A stretch of DNA of 64,000 bases, from positions 114,824,001-114,888,000 of the forward strand of contig OX597818.1 of the NCBI GenBank assembly GCA_951406725.2, in the 5' to 3' direction. Below, in pieces: positions 1 to 12,924 of this stretch (positions within the stretch are counted from its first letter, which is position 1; each line of letters opens with the position of its first letter). A program made the position numbers and the translations under genes. The stretch comes from Octopus vulgaris. Taxonomy: Eukaryota. The notes below the pieces were generated by a model, which made no database searches, had not been told where the DNA came from, and worked only from the letters and a program-made list of their open reading frames with translations.

Positions 1-594
1 TGTAACGCGTTTGATCTTTGCATAATATAAATGTAGATATCATTCTTATATTCGGAAATAGAACATTCTGTTGGCCATTGCATTCGACTCCACTGCATGT
101 TCACCACAGTAAATTAAATCTCATTATCAATTGAAATATTTATATTATTAGTTCAATTTATCGAGTTTACGAGACTAATTTTAGCAACCAATTTGCCACT
201 CTCCATCTTCGCTTTCAATACTTGAAACTATTTGCTCGTTTTCTGGAACGTTACATGCGCTTTAATAGATTGAATTTGATCTTTGATGTTTCGGCCAAAC
301 TTGCAGGTTTAGGCACCTTACCAATATCCACCAAAGCATTACTGACTCAATTTGGCTCTTTATCAACTGCAGACTATTTTAAAAACATTAATTCTTTTTC
401 CTCATCCAATATGTCCCACTTTCACTTTCGTATTTTTTACTCTGACTGAAAGAGAAAAAAAACTGACAATTGTATTATTTGATTATCATATTGAGCTTTA
501 AGTTATTTAATCATTTACTCTTTTCCTAGATTCAGTCAAGTTACTGGACTGGGGCCATGCTACAGCACTGCCTCAAATGTTCTTCAGTACATAC

Positions 595-982
595 AGGCGT
601 GGTTGTGTGGTAAGAAGTTCGCTTACCAATTACATGGTTCATGGTTCAGTCTCATTGGGCATGTCTTCTACTAAAGCCTTGGACCGACCAAAGCCTTCTG
701 AATGGAATTGGTAGGCGGGAGTTGAAAGAAGACCGTCGTATATATCTACATGTATGGGTGGGTGGTTGTGTGTGTATGTGTGTGTCTTTGTGTCTGTGTT
801 ACCCCTCCACCGATTGACAACCGGTGTTGGTGTGTTTACGTCCCCATGACTTAGCTGTTCAGCACAAGTGATCGATAGAATAAGTACCAGGGTTTAAAAA
901 AGAACATGAGTACTGGAGTCGATTAATTCGACTGAAATTCTGGCCACAGTCTCATGGCTGAAGCAGCAAAATGATAAAAGAT
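595..982 (+). mobile_element. Bipartite tRNA-derived SINE (family O: tRNA-like head, internal TA/TG microsatellite, conserved 3' half)
   Basis: Head GGCGTGGTTGTGTGGTAAGAAG...GGTTCAGTC has A/B-box-like motifs. The blocks GACCAAAGCCTT..GAAAGAAG.CCGTCGTATA and TTGACAACCGGTGTTGGTGTGTTTACGTCCCC...GATAGAATAAGTACCAGG recur at 4440-5095, 58610-58795, 61000-61530 and 62855-63315. Confidence 0.8.
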
Positions 983-1854
983 ATTTAATTAATTAGAATA
1001 AAAGTAACTGACGCTATAATTTGTTATCAGTTTGAATATTAACTCTGTTATTAACACCCCACCCACTCTTGCTAATATCTACTTCATTTAAAGAAAGACC
1101 GAGATGTTATTGCTAGGATTATGGCTCCGGCTAATCCAAAAACTCTATCTTCAGTGATGTGAGGCTGCAAATAATAAATATTACGGACGAACACCTCTTG
1201 TGAAGGGGTCAACACCTGTTATGAAATTTGATTTTGCTTACGCTATTAAGGCATATGTGAAATGCACAAAAGCTATGAATTCGGAAATCTTTATAATCAT
1301 CACTGTGTGCAATCAACAAGAAAGGAAGTTTTATTGCTTTATTGATGTTGATTATTAAGCGGAAATAATAATGTTTAAGAGCAGCAGGGTGGTGTGTGTG
1401 CGTGTGTGTGTTATAGATTAGATGAAACTCATTATTTAATTGCTACAGTTTTTTATTGTCTGCGGATAGATGAAAATAGGAATTAATCTCAGTGGGACTC
1501 GTATTCACAACTTAAATAGCAATAACTTATCGCTGAGTAGCAGTAAGGACATTTTCATTTATCGAGGCTGATCAACCCTATCTGCTAACTCGTTCAATCC
1601 ATGTCGTTCAATCCATTTCAGGTAGACCCCAACAAAATGTCCTTTCTGCTGCCTTCATTTGGGTGGTGATAGCTCTCGTTCTCTACAGTAATTACCTGAT
1701 GAGTGGGTAGAGGTACAACATTGAAAAGGAAGAAATACTATGAAAGTGAAGTGGAAGACTGCTGCAGGAACCGGATCAGAACCAAATGCATCCCTGTGGA
1801 ACCGCGCAGGTAATGGTTCACAGATAGATTACTTAATAAAGACAAGGAATTCCG

Positions 1855-1940
<86 letters not shown>
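1855..1940. repeat. (TAA)n microsatellite
   Basis: Perfect trinucleotide run; it explains the poly-N and poly-Y ORFs here. Confidence 0.97.
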
Positions 1941-1945
<5 letters not shown>

Positions 1946-2129
1946 CAAGAGCATCCATAAAGCTCAAATCTCCGCCAACGCAACACTAACGTCCTCTCAA
2001 AGGTTAGGTGGAGATTATTTTTAAAATGAGAATATCTGGAATAAACTCGACTGCTCTCACAAACCCGCCAGCTCTCAATAATTAAGTAAAAACGGAAAAC
2101 GGAAAAATAATTCAGAATCCTTGTTCGGG

Positions 2130-2428
2130 ACCTGATCGATCCCAATTGTAGTCATGGGATGTGTAGGTGGGTAGGCGGGCCGTGTTTGTAATGCTGTGCG
2201 TATGTCGTCTGCAGTAGGAACAGGGACAGTTTTCTTTATGAAGTCCTTTATCAGTCTATCCACTGATATAGTGTCTTTACGACCATTTAGGTCTATAGTG
2301 AAAACTTTGTACGTGCGTGAAAGGAAACGGAAAGGACCTGCTTGCTGTGCTGTTAACGGCGGTTTAACAAGATCGTTGCGCACAAAAACTTGAGTCCAAG
2401 AAGTAATGCTTCCTTCAAGGCAGAGCAA
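2130..2428 (-). mobile_element. Gypsy/Ty3 LTR-retrotransposon relic, integrase C-terminal (GPY/F) region
   Basis: Translation VFVRNDLVKPPL...GPFRFLSRTYKVFTIDLNGRKDTISVDRL matches the Gypsy integrase tail pattern VFVRxDxVxxPL..GPFxV...TVSIDRLK. No LTRs seen. Confidence 0.8.
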
Positions 2429-4439
2429 GAAATGCTGTTGTCAAGTAGGTAAGAGGTTTTAAACAGGAGCGATATATTCAAAGTTGATAAAACTAAAAAT
2501 TGTCGAGGATAAATTAAACTTATTATTGTTACTGAATGCGTTAGTGTTAATTAATTTCTGAACTGTTTCGCTGCCGTTTGTTTCTGTAGTTCGATTTCTT
2601 TATCCATCAGTTTCTACTAAGATAGCGACGCGAGTAAAATTAATAATAGAGAAACGAAAGCAACGCCACCATAGCTTACGTGGAAATCATGAGCGTCCTT
2701 TCAAGGGAGATAATCAGAGAAAGACTTGAAAGTCCGAAAGATCGTAATACTTCATGTAAAGTAAATATAACAAATAATCCAGAATCCTTTTCCGGTCCCG
2801 GATCGATTCCAAAATCTAATCAGTTCATACCAGTCATGAGGCTAAACATCCCTGAACATTTAATCCAAATCCATCCAGCGGTTCTTGAGATATTTTGTTC
2901 ACGGACAAACAAACAGAGAAACAAATACGACTGCCAACAATACTTCCGCCTTCGCTACGGTGGAGGTCATAATAATAGTACAAAATAAGTTCATTATATT
3001 TTGATGAGAATTCAAATAAATATAGTTTTAAAGAATTGGGTTGTAACGCTTCTATTATGATTCTAATTTGATTCGTGTTGGAGCTGATCATGAATATATT
3101 AAGAAAAACTACAAATTATTTGGTGAATCAGTGACCGTAAATACTGAAGAGTTTGGCAATCGCTAGATTAGACGATTGTGAATTGGGACTTGACAAGAAG
3201 AAATTATAGAATTCTTTACATTGTATTAAGTTGTACAATTAGTGTTAAGGCCTATTAACAAATCAATTGCTGATAACACCTACTTTAATCACGGTATCTC
3301 CCTTATCTACTGACTTACCTCCTCTATGTTTTACTGTTATCTGTTTGCTCACCTTCTATCTTTCTCTCTCTCTTTCTTCATACACACACGCACACGCATA
3401 CACACGTAAGTATATATATATTTGTCGTAGGATGCATTAGCATCTATACACATGATCACGTAAGGCGCCAAAAATGGCTAGGTGTAATAACATAGGGTTC
3501 ACAGTGAGGTACAACAACCTTGAAGGTTCCATCTGTGGCTAGGATACTGTATGTATATGTAAGTACCAAATCCAAATTAAACCATAGATCCGACACATGC
3601 CTGGTTCTAAGTACGACGTAGGTATATAAATAGAACCCAATTTCTGTTCTTCATATATATGTGTGTGTGTATACATGTACATATATATATGTATATATAT
3701 ATATATATATATGTATGTATATGCACATATAATGTGTTGTGTGTGCGATATATATGTGTGTGTGTGCGTCTGTTTATATGTATACATACGCACACACACA
3801 TATATAGCCTTTATCTTTTCCTTTCTTTCTTTCTTTCTCTCTCTTTCTCTCTCTCAGTCTACCTCCCTCTGTATTTTTATGAGACTCCCACTAATTCTAC
3901 GAACCTCATTATAATTATAGACCGTGCACTCCATCTCATACCATCCATGCATTCTTGTATATCTCTTAGTTACTTCTCCCTCTGTTCCTTTCCAACACTC
4001 TCTTTCCCCTCACTCCTCTCTCACTCTCTCTCTCTCCCCTCTCTAACTCACACACGCACTTTATTTAGATATCGCTTACTCTCTCTTTGCCTTACACCTC
4101 CCTTTCCTCTTCTCACCCCAGCTTGCCTGCCACTACCTCTCCTCTCCTCTCCTTTTGTCTTGTATATATTTAATTGTAATGATCCTCGAATGTCGTCCAT
4201 CGTTTCACTATTTCTCCTCCCGACTACTCTTTCACTCTCTCCCTCCCTCGTTCTCCTTTCCTTATATTTCCTTCTCTATGATTCCATTTGTACTTATCTC
4301 ACCATTTCCATTCCTGCCTTCCTTCCACATTTCTCTCTCTCTCTCTCTCTCAAGTTGAATACGAAGAGCAAGATGTAACATCAAGCTCTACGTTTCTCTT
4401 ATCTTTTATCGCGTATTTCTTTTTTTTTTTTTTTTTTGA

Positions 4440-4676
4440 GGTTTTACTTGTTTTATTCCTTAGAATGCGGCCATGCTGGGGCACGGTCTTGGAGAGTTTT
4501 CTTTTTGTTATTGAATGAATCGTTGAACCACAATAATTATTATTCTTGTGCAATGACTGCGGATTATTCTGCCGTTCTCTTTTGCCGAACCGCTACGTTA
4601 CGGAGATATAAACACACCAACACCGATTGTCAAGCGCTGGAGGTGGACAAACACAGGCACACACAGACACACACAA

Positions 4677-4715
<39 letters not shown>

Positions 4716-4758
4716 CATACACAAACAAACATATATATATACATATATATATATACAT

Positions 4759-4799
<41 letters not shown>

Positions 4800-4867
4800 C
4801 ATACAAACATGCATGCTTGTATTAATACATGCATGCATACATACGCATGTATACACACACACACACA

Positions 4868-4901
<34 letters not shown>

Positions 4902-5095
4902 TACACCCGCGCGCGCAAACACACACGAGTGTACAGAAGCGCACACATACAACACATGACATGTTGCAATTCCCGTCTGCCAAATCAACTCACGGGTCTT
5001 TTATCGGCCCGAGGCTAGAGTTGAAAACACCAGCCCAAGCTGCCACGCAGTGGGTCGACCACGGAACTATGGGAAGTAAGCTTCTTGCCTGCACC
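4440..5095 (-). mobile_element. SINE family O copy with expanded internal CA/TA microsatellite
   Basis: Reverse complement matches the 595-982 blocks (ACACCAACACCGATTGTCAAGCG; CGGGTCTTTTATCGGCCCGAGGCTA; head near 5095). Confidence 0.7.
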
Positions 5096-5221
5096 TAATT
5101 CTCGTTATGCCACGAAAGAGACACTTTGGCCACACTGACAGTACCTCTTCTCATGGCGATGCGCTAAATCTATAATTACCAACATTGCCGAATACCAAAT
5201 CACGGACTATACAATCCTATC

Positions 5222-5580
5222 GTGGCACTCCATGGGTTATGACGATGAGGGTTCCAGTTGATCCGATCAACGGAACATCCTGCTCGTGAAATTAACGTGC
5301 AAGTGGGTGAGCACTCCACACAGACACGTTTAGCCTTACCGTAGTTCTCGGGGAGTTTCAGCGTGACACAGAGTGTGACAAGGTTGGCCCTTTCAAATAC
5401 AGGTACAACAGAATGAGTGAGAGAAAGTTGTGGAGAAAGAGTATAGCAGTGTTTCCACCACCCCTTGCCGGAGCCTCGTGGAGCTTTTATGTGTTTTCGG
5501 TCAATAAACTCACAACGCCCGGTTTCGGAATCGAAACTGCGAGTCCGCTGCCCAAACCACTGGGCCATTGTGCCTTCACA
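5222..5580 (-). mobile_element. tRNA-derived SINE family T, tail variant 1
   Basis: Minus-strand head TGGCCCAGTGG..GCAGCGGACTCGC..GTTTCGATTCC..ACCGGGCG, then AAAGCTCCACGAGGCTCCGGCA, shared with 43505-43808, 43902-44210 and 50650-50820. Confidence 0.8.
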
Positions 5581-5929
5581 AAATCCTATACTTCAACATA
5601 ACATCCTATAATCAAACACTGTAGCGACACAACAACGACGCAACACCATGTCACTCTAACCCATTCCGTTTCCTTCATTCTCTTCTGGCCAGAACTCCAT
5701 AGTAACTATACCGATGTGTTTTGAGTTTTTGTTGTTGCATTTTTTTGTTTTCGTTCTTTTTTTTGTTTTGTTTTTTGTTTTCCAACCAACAACCATCTTT
5801 TCCACCCAAACCACTGCAAATTCTTTCTGTCAACTGTAAAGCAATATTTAACGGCGCGAGCAGCGAAATCCGTCGGCGGTAAGAGCAAACACTACATGAC
5901 AAATAAGACATTTATTAATTAACGTTTTT

Positions 5930-6560
<631 letters not shown>

Positions 6561-6699
6561 AGAAGAAGAAGAAGGAGAATGATTTCCGATTTTGACACAT
6601 AGAGAGTTTGTGTTGATTACATTGACACCAGTTTTTCACTGGAACTTAATTTATCGACCCCGGAAGGATGAAAGGCAAAGTCGACTTCGGTGGAGGTGC

Positions 6700-7205
6700 A
6701 CATCATATGGAAAAAGCAGTTTCATTAGTTTTCCAACACTGCTCATACTGTACAAGTCTCTGCTGTCTTCGATCTTTGTGCATTGGTGTGAAAGCTAATC
6801 ATTCAGAGACTTCCAACGCACGCAAAATACAAAAATGACAAAATCTAAGCGTTTTATTCAGTGTGGTTCAGAATGAAAACCTGCATATCGAACCCAGAGC
6901 TGAAGACAAACAGCTTTGCCAGGGAGCGTGTTACTGACAGTACTGGCAAGCAAGAAGCAACTTACCGTAGCGAAATGACCAAAGCTCGTCTAGTAGTGGT
7001 ATGTACCCTGACACTGCTTCTTGTCCAAAAGATTTTTGCGTGTCCACAGCTACAGAAGAAGGGAAAAGCGACAGGCAGAAGGAATCGTAGTCTGAGAATA
7101 TCGGTCCTGGACAGATCGCAACTTACCAGTTCTACTACTTGTGAGGAAGGACAGAAACCAGTGGAGATGGCTGAATACCAGCACGTCTGGAATGGCACGT
7201 GACGC
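6700..7205 (+). mobile_element. Degenerate RTE-clade LINE, 3' part of ORF
   Basis: Frameshifted pieces ISFPTLLILYKSLLSSIFVHWCES, KTNSFARERV..GKQE and a GRQK/SENI..WT-like segment resemble the RTE C-terminus (LYKSLVxSILLYGCESW...KTNxxVR...GRQKKxWxDNIKxWT). Confidence 0.7.
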
Positions 7206-7617
7206 GTGACTTGACCAATCGCGAAAAGAAGATGATGAGGAGCAGAAGAGGCATATTGATTATGGTACTGGCCAGGATGATAAAATGGCTATTCGTAAGG
7301 ATTTTTGAGTTCCTTGATTTGGCGAGTTCCTAGATTCCCCATTCAAACATGACATTTGTTTCTTTCGGATGTAATTGATCTTTGTAATGATTGGTTTCTT
7401 CCCCCCACCGCTTAATCGATACTGCGTTAAACCTTCAGTTCTTGTAACGACTCCTTGAAATAAGCCCAAAGTCTTATTTATTATTATTTTTCTGTTCTTG
7501 TTGATGTTATCGTTAACATCGTCGTCTTCGTCGTCGTCACTATCATCATCATCATCATCAGTTGCAGCAGCCGTTCCGGTAGCAGTAGAAGTAGCAGCAA
7601 CAGCAGTAAAAGCAGCG

Positions 7618-7665
<48 letters not shown>

Positions 7666-8669
7666 AACTGCTACATTTTAAAGTACATAATCTCCAACTC
7701 AAAACTTTGCAAACTGTAAACAAAAGTCCCCAAAAAACATAAACTAAATAAGAAAAACAAAAATTAGTTAAATGATGCCAGTCTCCTCTCTTCGGTCTCC
7801 TGTCTCCTGTCTCCCTCTGTAATTAGTGACGAAATCTCGTGTTGACTAATTCTTTGCCATTTTCTTCTTTTGCTCTTTACTGTGATATTAACTTTTCAGA
7901 TATGGTTTTATGGCTTTTCTATTTTCTTTCTCTGTTTTTTTTTCTTGTTGTGGCGGAGGTCGTAGTGATGACAGCGGTGGCGGCGTGGTGGCGGCAGCGG
8001 CGGCTGCGGTGGGGTGGTGGTGGTGGTGGTGGTCGCGGTAGTGGTGGTCGTGGTGGTGTCTATGCTGGCTGGGTTTGTTTGGTTTATTGGACTGTAGCAA
8101 CAAATTAAGAAGCTATCGGAAAATGTCATACTCCCTCCCTCTCTCTCTCTCTCTCTTCTTGCAGATACTGTGCAAATGTTGCACAACTTGCCAGTCCATC
8201 CAAAGTGACGATGCATTGTTTAATTGCATCCAATTTAGCTTACATTTTGCACACCGACGGCTGTACAACTTTATAATGTGACGAATTAATTTGAAGTTGT
8301 TTCCGGGTTTTGCTGGTCTTTTTGTAAAGTGTTTTTGCTTAATTTTTATCTTTTTTAAATTTCTTCTGAGTTGATTAACTTCTTCCAATATTCTGTCAAG
8401 TATCTAATGAATGGTTAGAGACGAAGACTGGAGCACAGAAATGTCAGTGTGGGGAGTTTCTACACGGTGGCTTAATATGCTGGGAATAATAACCGTATTT
8501 TCATTAAATAACCCGCACCCTACTGTCTGGAATAATGAAAAATACGTTATAAAATGTAATTGTTGATATACTGGGTAGTTCGATCTGCTGGAAATTCTAG
8601 CCACATCTGCATTAAATCAAACTTTATTCTCTGAAATAATGAGGTATATATTGTCACTTGATGTATGTA

Positions 8670-9286
8670 TATTTCTTTATTGCCCACAAAGGGGCTAAAC
8701 ATAGAGGGGACAAACAAGGACAGACAAAGGGGGTGAGTCGATTATATCGATCCCAGTGCGTAACTGGTACTTTATTTATCGACCACGAAAGGATGAAAGG
8801 CAAAGTCGACCTCGGCGGAATTTGAACTCAGAACGTAAAGGCAGACGAAATACCTATTTCTTTACTACCCACAAGGGGCTAAACAGAGAGAGGACAAACA
8901 AGGACAGACAAACAAGGACAGACAAACGGATTAAGTCGATTACATTGACCTCAGTGCATAACTGGTACTTAATTTATCGACCCCGAAAGGATGAAAGGCA
9001 AAGTCGACTGCGGCGGAATTTCAACTCAGAACGTAACGGCAGACGAAATACCTATTTCTTTACTACCCACAAGGGGCTAAACACAGAGAGGACAAACAAG
9101 GACAGACAAATGGATTAAGTCGATTACGTTGACCCCAGTGCGTAACTGGTACTTAATTTATCGACTCTGAAAGAATGAAAAGCAAAGTCGACCTCGGCGG
9201 AATTTGAACTCAGAACGTTACGGCAGACGAAATACGGCTACGCATTTCGCCCGGCGTGCTAACGTTTCTGCCAGCTCGCCGCCTTA
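8670..9286 (-). mobile_element. SINE family M tandem trimer with Tx1-like tail A
   Basis: One full unit (9052-9286) plus two head-truncated units joined at GACGAAATACC|TATTTC. TSD TCACTTG(A/G)TGTATGTA at 8654-8669 and 9287-9302. Confidence 0.92.
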
Positions 9287-10041
9287 TCACTTGGTGTATG
9301 TAAGCTGGTCGCCAGTAGTGACTGGTTCAGTTAATAAATAAAAATATGTTTCTTGGGCTGCGTGAAGAAGTAACTGAACGAAACACGCGAGCATTTAACA
9401 GAAGGTTTTATTATCGCACATAAAGTCAAACTGCGTTGGTCTTTTACTAATAACAACAGCAATAATTAAATACTGGGAGAGATATACTACTTGGAGTTTA
9501 CTGCAGCGTACGGCAACATGTGGCTTTCGCAACATAACTGGAAATAGTTGTGCTATGTATTTGGTAACGGAGATATTTAGTATTCTGTCGGAGCCGTCTG
9601 TATGGGTCGTCTGGAGTGGCAAGAATGGAGACACATCGCGCAGCTGCATCAAAATTTTGCAGCTAATTACTTCCAAAATGGCTTTTATTGGACAAAAGAA
9701 AAAAGATATAAGGGAGATCGAATCCTGCGATGGCTTGATGTTGATTAATTGCTAAACAGACCGAACGCGTGAAATATTGTAGTTCGGTCACGATGTTGGA
9801 TCGGGTATCCAGAAATTCAATTTCGAATCCTTGCAACAACGTTTTATAGAATATAATCCCAGATTAATAATGTAGAATGCATTTGAGAATAAGATTTCTG
9901 ATATACTCAATGACTCGATCTGCTGGAAATTATAGCTACATCTTCCTTAAATCACACCCGACTCTAAACAGCACGTTTTAAAATGTAATAACTGCTATAT
10001 AAAATGACTGGGTGCTCAATGACGGAAGACCTTTGAATATA

Positions 10042-10273
10042 TATTTCTTTACTGCCCACAAGGGGCTAAACATAGAGGGGACAAACAAGGACAGACAAAG
10101 GGTTTAAATCGATTACATCGACCCCAGTGCGAAACCAGTAGTTTATTTATGGACCCCGAAGTGATGAAAGGCAAAGTCGACATCGGCAGAATTTGAACTC
10201 AGAACGTAGCCGCAGACGAAATACGGCTAAGCATTTTGCCCGGCGCGCTAACGTTTCTGCCAGCTATAAACTT
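10042..10273 (-). mobile_element. SINE family M monomer, tail A
   Basis: Same sequence as the trimer units. Perfect 16-bp TSD AAGACCTTTGAATATA at 10026-10041 and 10274-10289. Confidence 0.92.
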
Positions 10274-10809
10274 AAGACCTTTGAATATAGGCGAATATTG
10301 TAAACAGATTTTGTGCGTAATGCTCATAGAATTTTGGCAAAATTTGCAAAACTTGCACGAGCATTTCTGCAGGATTTATGTTCTTTGTATTTACTATAAA
10401 TGCGTGCGACACAAACTTGTGGCACGCCTACAGTTCAATTAACAGAAGAATGATGGCTATGCATTTCGCAATCATATTCCTTCTTGTTTGGAGTTGGGGA
10501 TGAACCTCGTAAATTACGAGTGACTATTATTGGTTTCTTAAAGAATTTTATACTTCATAAAAATGTTATGCAACATTATAAGGCGGTGGATCACAGAGGT
10601 GTTAAATGAATGTGTTTTCGCTCATTCAACAAGAGTTGTGCCCCGCCAAGACCTTCACGGGGATAAACACAACAAATATAAACAAAAATATACGACTCGA
10701 GGAAGTAAATTTATATCCATTTTGTACTTCATGATCTACCATTCCCACCAAAATCATTTCACGCTCTCTCAAAAGTTTATAAATCTTCGTGTGTATGTGT
10801 TTGTGTGTA

Positions 10810-10863
<54 letters not shown>

Positions 10864-11201
10864 TTGAGCTTAATTTAAATTCTCTAAATCGTTCAAGCCT
10901 GTCGCTAACGAAGCGAAAAAACGTTTTGGGGTTAAGAGAGATCCGGTGTTGGTAACTCAGTGGTCGAGTTTATATGTTGGTTGTGCTGTCGATACATACA
11001 CCCAGGTGTGTGTATCTATTCACATACAAATCTGGTAATCCAGAATTTTTGAAATGTCTTACAAATCTTCAGTGTACCACAAACATATTGGACGTAGAGA
11101 ATTCGTGTCTGTTTCTTTTGTTCACATCTATGCGAAACCGAGAATTTCTAGGATTTTGTTCTAATTTCTTTGTAAACCTTATGCACAAGTATATGTATGT
11201 A

Positions 11202-11578
11202 CACTTGCGTCAGAAATTAATTAGCACTTCTCAAATTTCTACATTAAATAGGTTAAATCAATTAACCTATGAGCTGTTCAAAACGTCTTACGCGATGAGA
11301 AAACTTAGTATGGTGTGATTTCGGTCCTTGCGAGGCACTACCTATATCTATTAAACAAAGGAAGATTTGTCTGCATCCGCACTCCAAGTTGTTGCACTGC
11401 TATGTCAACATCATAAGGCTGTAGACTCTCAAACTGCTCTGCAAACAAAGTTACGTCATCGTTCTGCGCAACAGTGAACTCGCAACAAAGCAATAGTTCG
11501 AGATATGGCCACTAGGTGACAGCACATACCTTGAGTGAAGAGCAAATCAAGGGTGCTAATTAATTTCTGACGGTAGTG
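11202..11578. mobile_element. Tc1/mariner-type MITE
   Basis: 26-bp terminal inverted repeats, CACTTGCGTCAGAAATTAATTAGCAC versus reverse-complemented CACTACCGTCAGAAATTAATTAGCAC (2 mismatches), with TA on both sides. No coding capacity. Confidence 0.85.
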
Positions 11579-11788
11579 TATGTATGTATGCATGTATGTA
11601 TGTATGTATGTATGTATGTATGTATGTATGTATGTATGTATGTATGTATGTATGCATGCATGCATGCATGTATGTATGTATGTATGTATGTATGTATGTA
11701 TGTATGTATGCATGCATGCATACATGCATGTATGTATGTATGTATGTATGTATGTATGTATGTATGTTTGTTTGTATGTATGTATGTA
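11579..11788. repeat. (TATG)n microsatellite
   Basis: Directly visible. Confidence 0.97.
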
Positions 11789-12594
11789 AGTAGTATGTCG
11801 TTATTTAATTTTATTTCAAGATTTCTTGCCAATAAGAAAGAACTGGTTTCTAACCTAAATCCAAGATTCCTTCATTTAAATTTCAACATCAACAACAGGA
11901 TATTTTTGTTTGTATGTAAGTATGATTTCTGTAATTCATTTTCCGTCAATTTCCTAGTTCATTTATTATATATAGATTTTATATTCGTGGGTTTCCTTTC
12001 CTCGTGTATGAAATACATAATTACATATCAAGTCTAACAAATATTTTATACCAACTTGCGCGTTTAAATAATTTTATATATTTTTCTTGCATGCTCCATA
12101 ATATTATTTAATAGATCAATGCGCTACGTAATAATTAACATCGAGTATAATATAGATGGCCACCTTATCTACATTGCTGTCACATTTTCATTATTGTTAT
12201 TTCAATTGGTAATGTTTTTGATGCGAGTGGATCTTTTCTTTTTTTCCCTGTCTTATGAATTAACCCATATGAATTAGTTGCTATACGTGTTTTTGGTATA
12301 TATTTTTCATGTTCCTAACGTCGCAATAATATTTTCTAAAATCCCATTTTTTATTTTCCTGCATGAGAATTTCATTGACTAAGAAACATCTTCAATATGG
12401 AATAAATTAGTCCTGATTTTTTTATTCACCATAAAGGTTATACATAGAATTGGACAGCACATCCGGGGAACTTAAAATAACAAAAGCGAATGATAAGACA
12501 AGAAAAAATTAAAATAATAATGAATAATGAAAATATATTTACAATGAGGTGTAAATGTCCACTCATTCCCCGGAATCGAGTGGTTACATTTTCG

Positions 12595-12895
12595 TCAGTT
12601 TTTTCCACAGAACAATATATTTCACCGAATTTCTAAATACATTTTCAGAATGTTTTTCATAAGATTCCAGCAAACAGAGTTTCAAAAATACCTTTTTCAA
12701 CATTTCAAAATACATTTTCAAACCAACTTTCGAATATACATATTCCAAAACTTCAACAAACATTTTACAGAGCTTCAAAAATTACTTTTCTCAAATCAAA
12801 GTACATAATTTCGAATATAATATCACAGAATTTCAACAACATTTTACAGCATTTCAAATTCCATTTTTAGGATTTCGAAATACATTTTCACTGAG
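12595..12895. repeat. Degenerate ~21-22-bp tandem repeat (AAATACATTTTCACAGAATTTC-like) in the 3'UTR of the ORF1-only element
   Basis: Recurring ACATTTT/ATTTC/AAAT motifs at roughly regular spacing. Confidence 0.65.
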
Positions 12896-12924
12896 TTTTT
12901 CTTTTTTTTTTTTTTTTCACAATC

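Noticed and set aside
1620-2024. 94-aa poly-Asn ORF and an upstream CTGATGA...GAAA motif
   Set aside because: The poly-N is the (TAA)n repeat, and there is no convincing stem II between the two motifs. It may be an unidentified retroelement fragment, but I cannot support that.
3539-5100. Numerous ORFs of [12 protein letters not shown] type here and throughout the window
   Set aside because: They are translations of di- and tetranucleotide microsatellites with no coding signal.
7839-8216. His/Ala/Pro-rich ORFs resembling a transcription-factor low-complexity region
   Set aside because: They derive from (GGT)/(GGC) repeats, with no domain or clear splice structure. A UTR or exon cannot be excluded without RNA data.
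8670-9286. Regularly repeated units suggestive of a CRISPR or tRNA array
   Set aside because: The units are ~190-bp SINE copies without spacers. The tRNA-like heads do not form a full cloverleaf, and the context is eukaryotic.
9300-9900. Relatively CpG-rich unique sequence with short ORFs
   Set aside because: No recognisable protein motif or promoter evidence.
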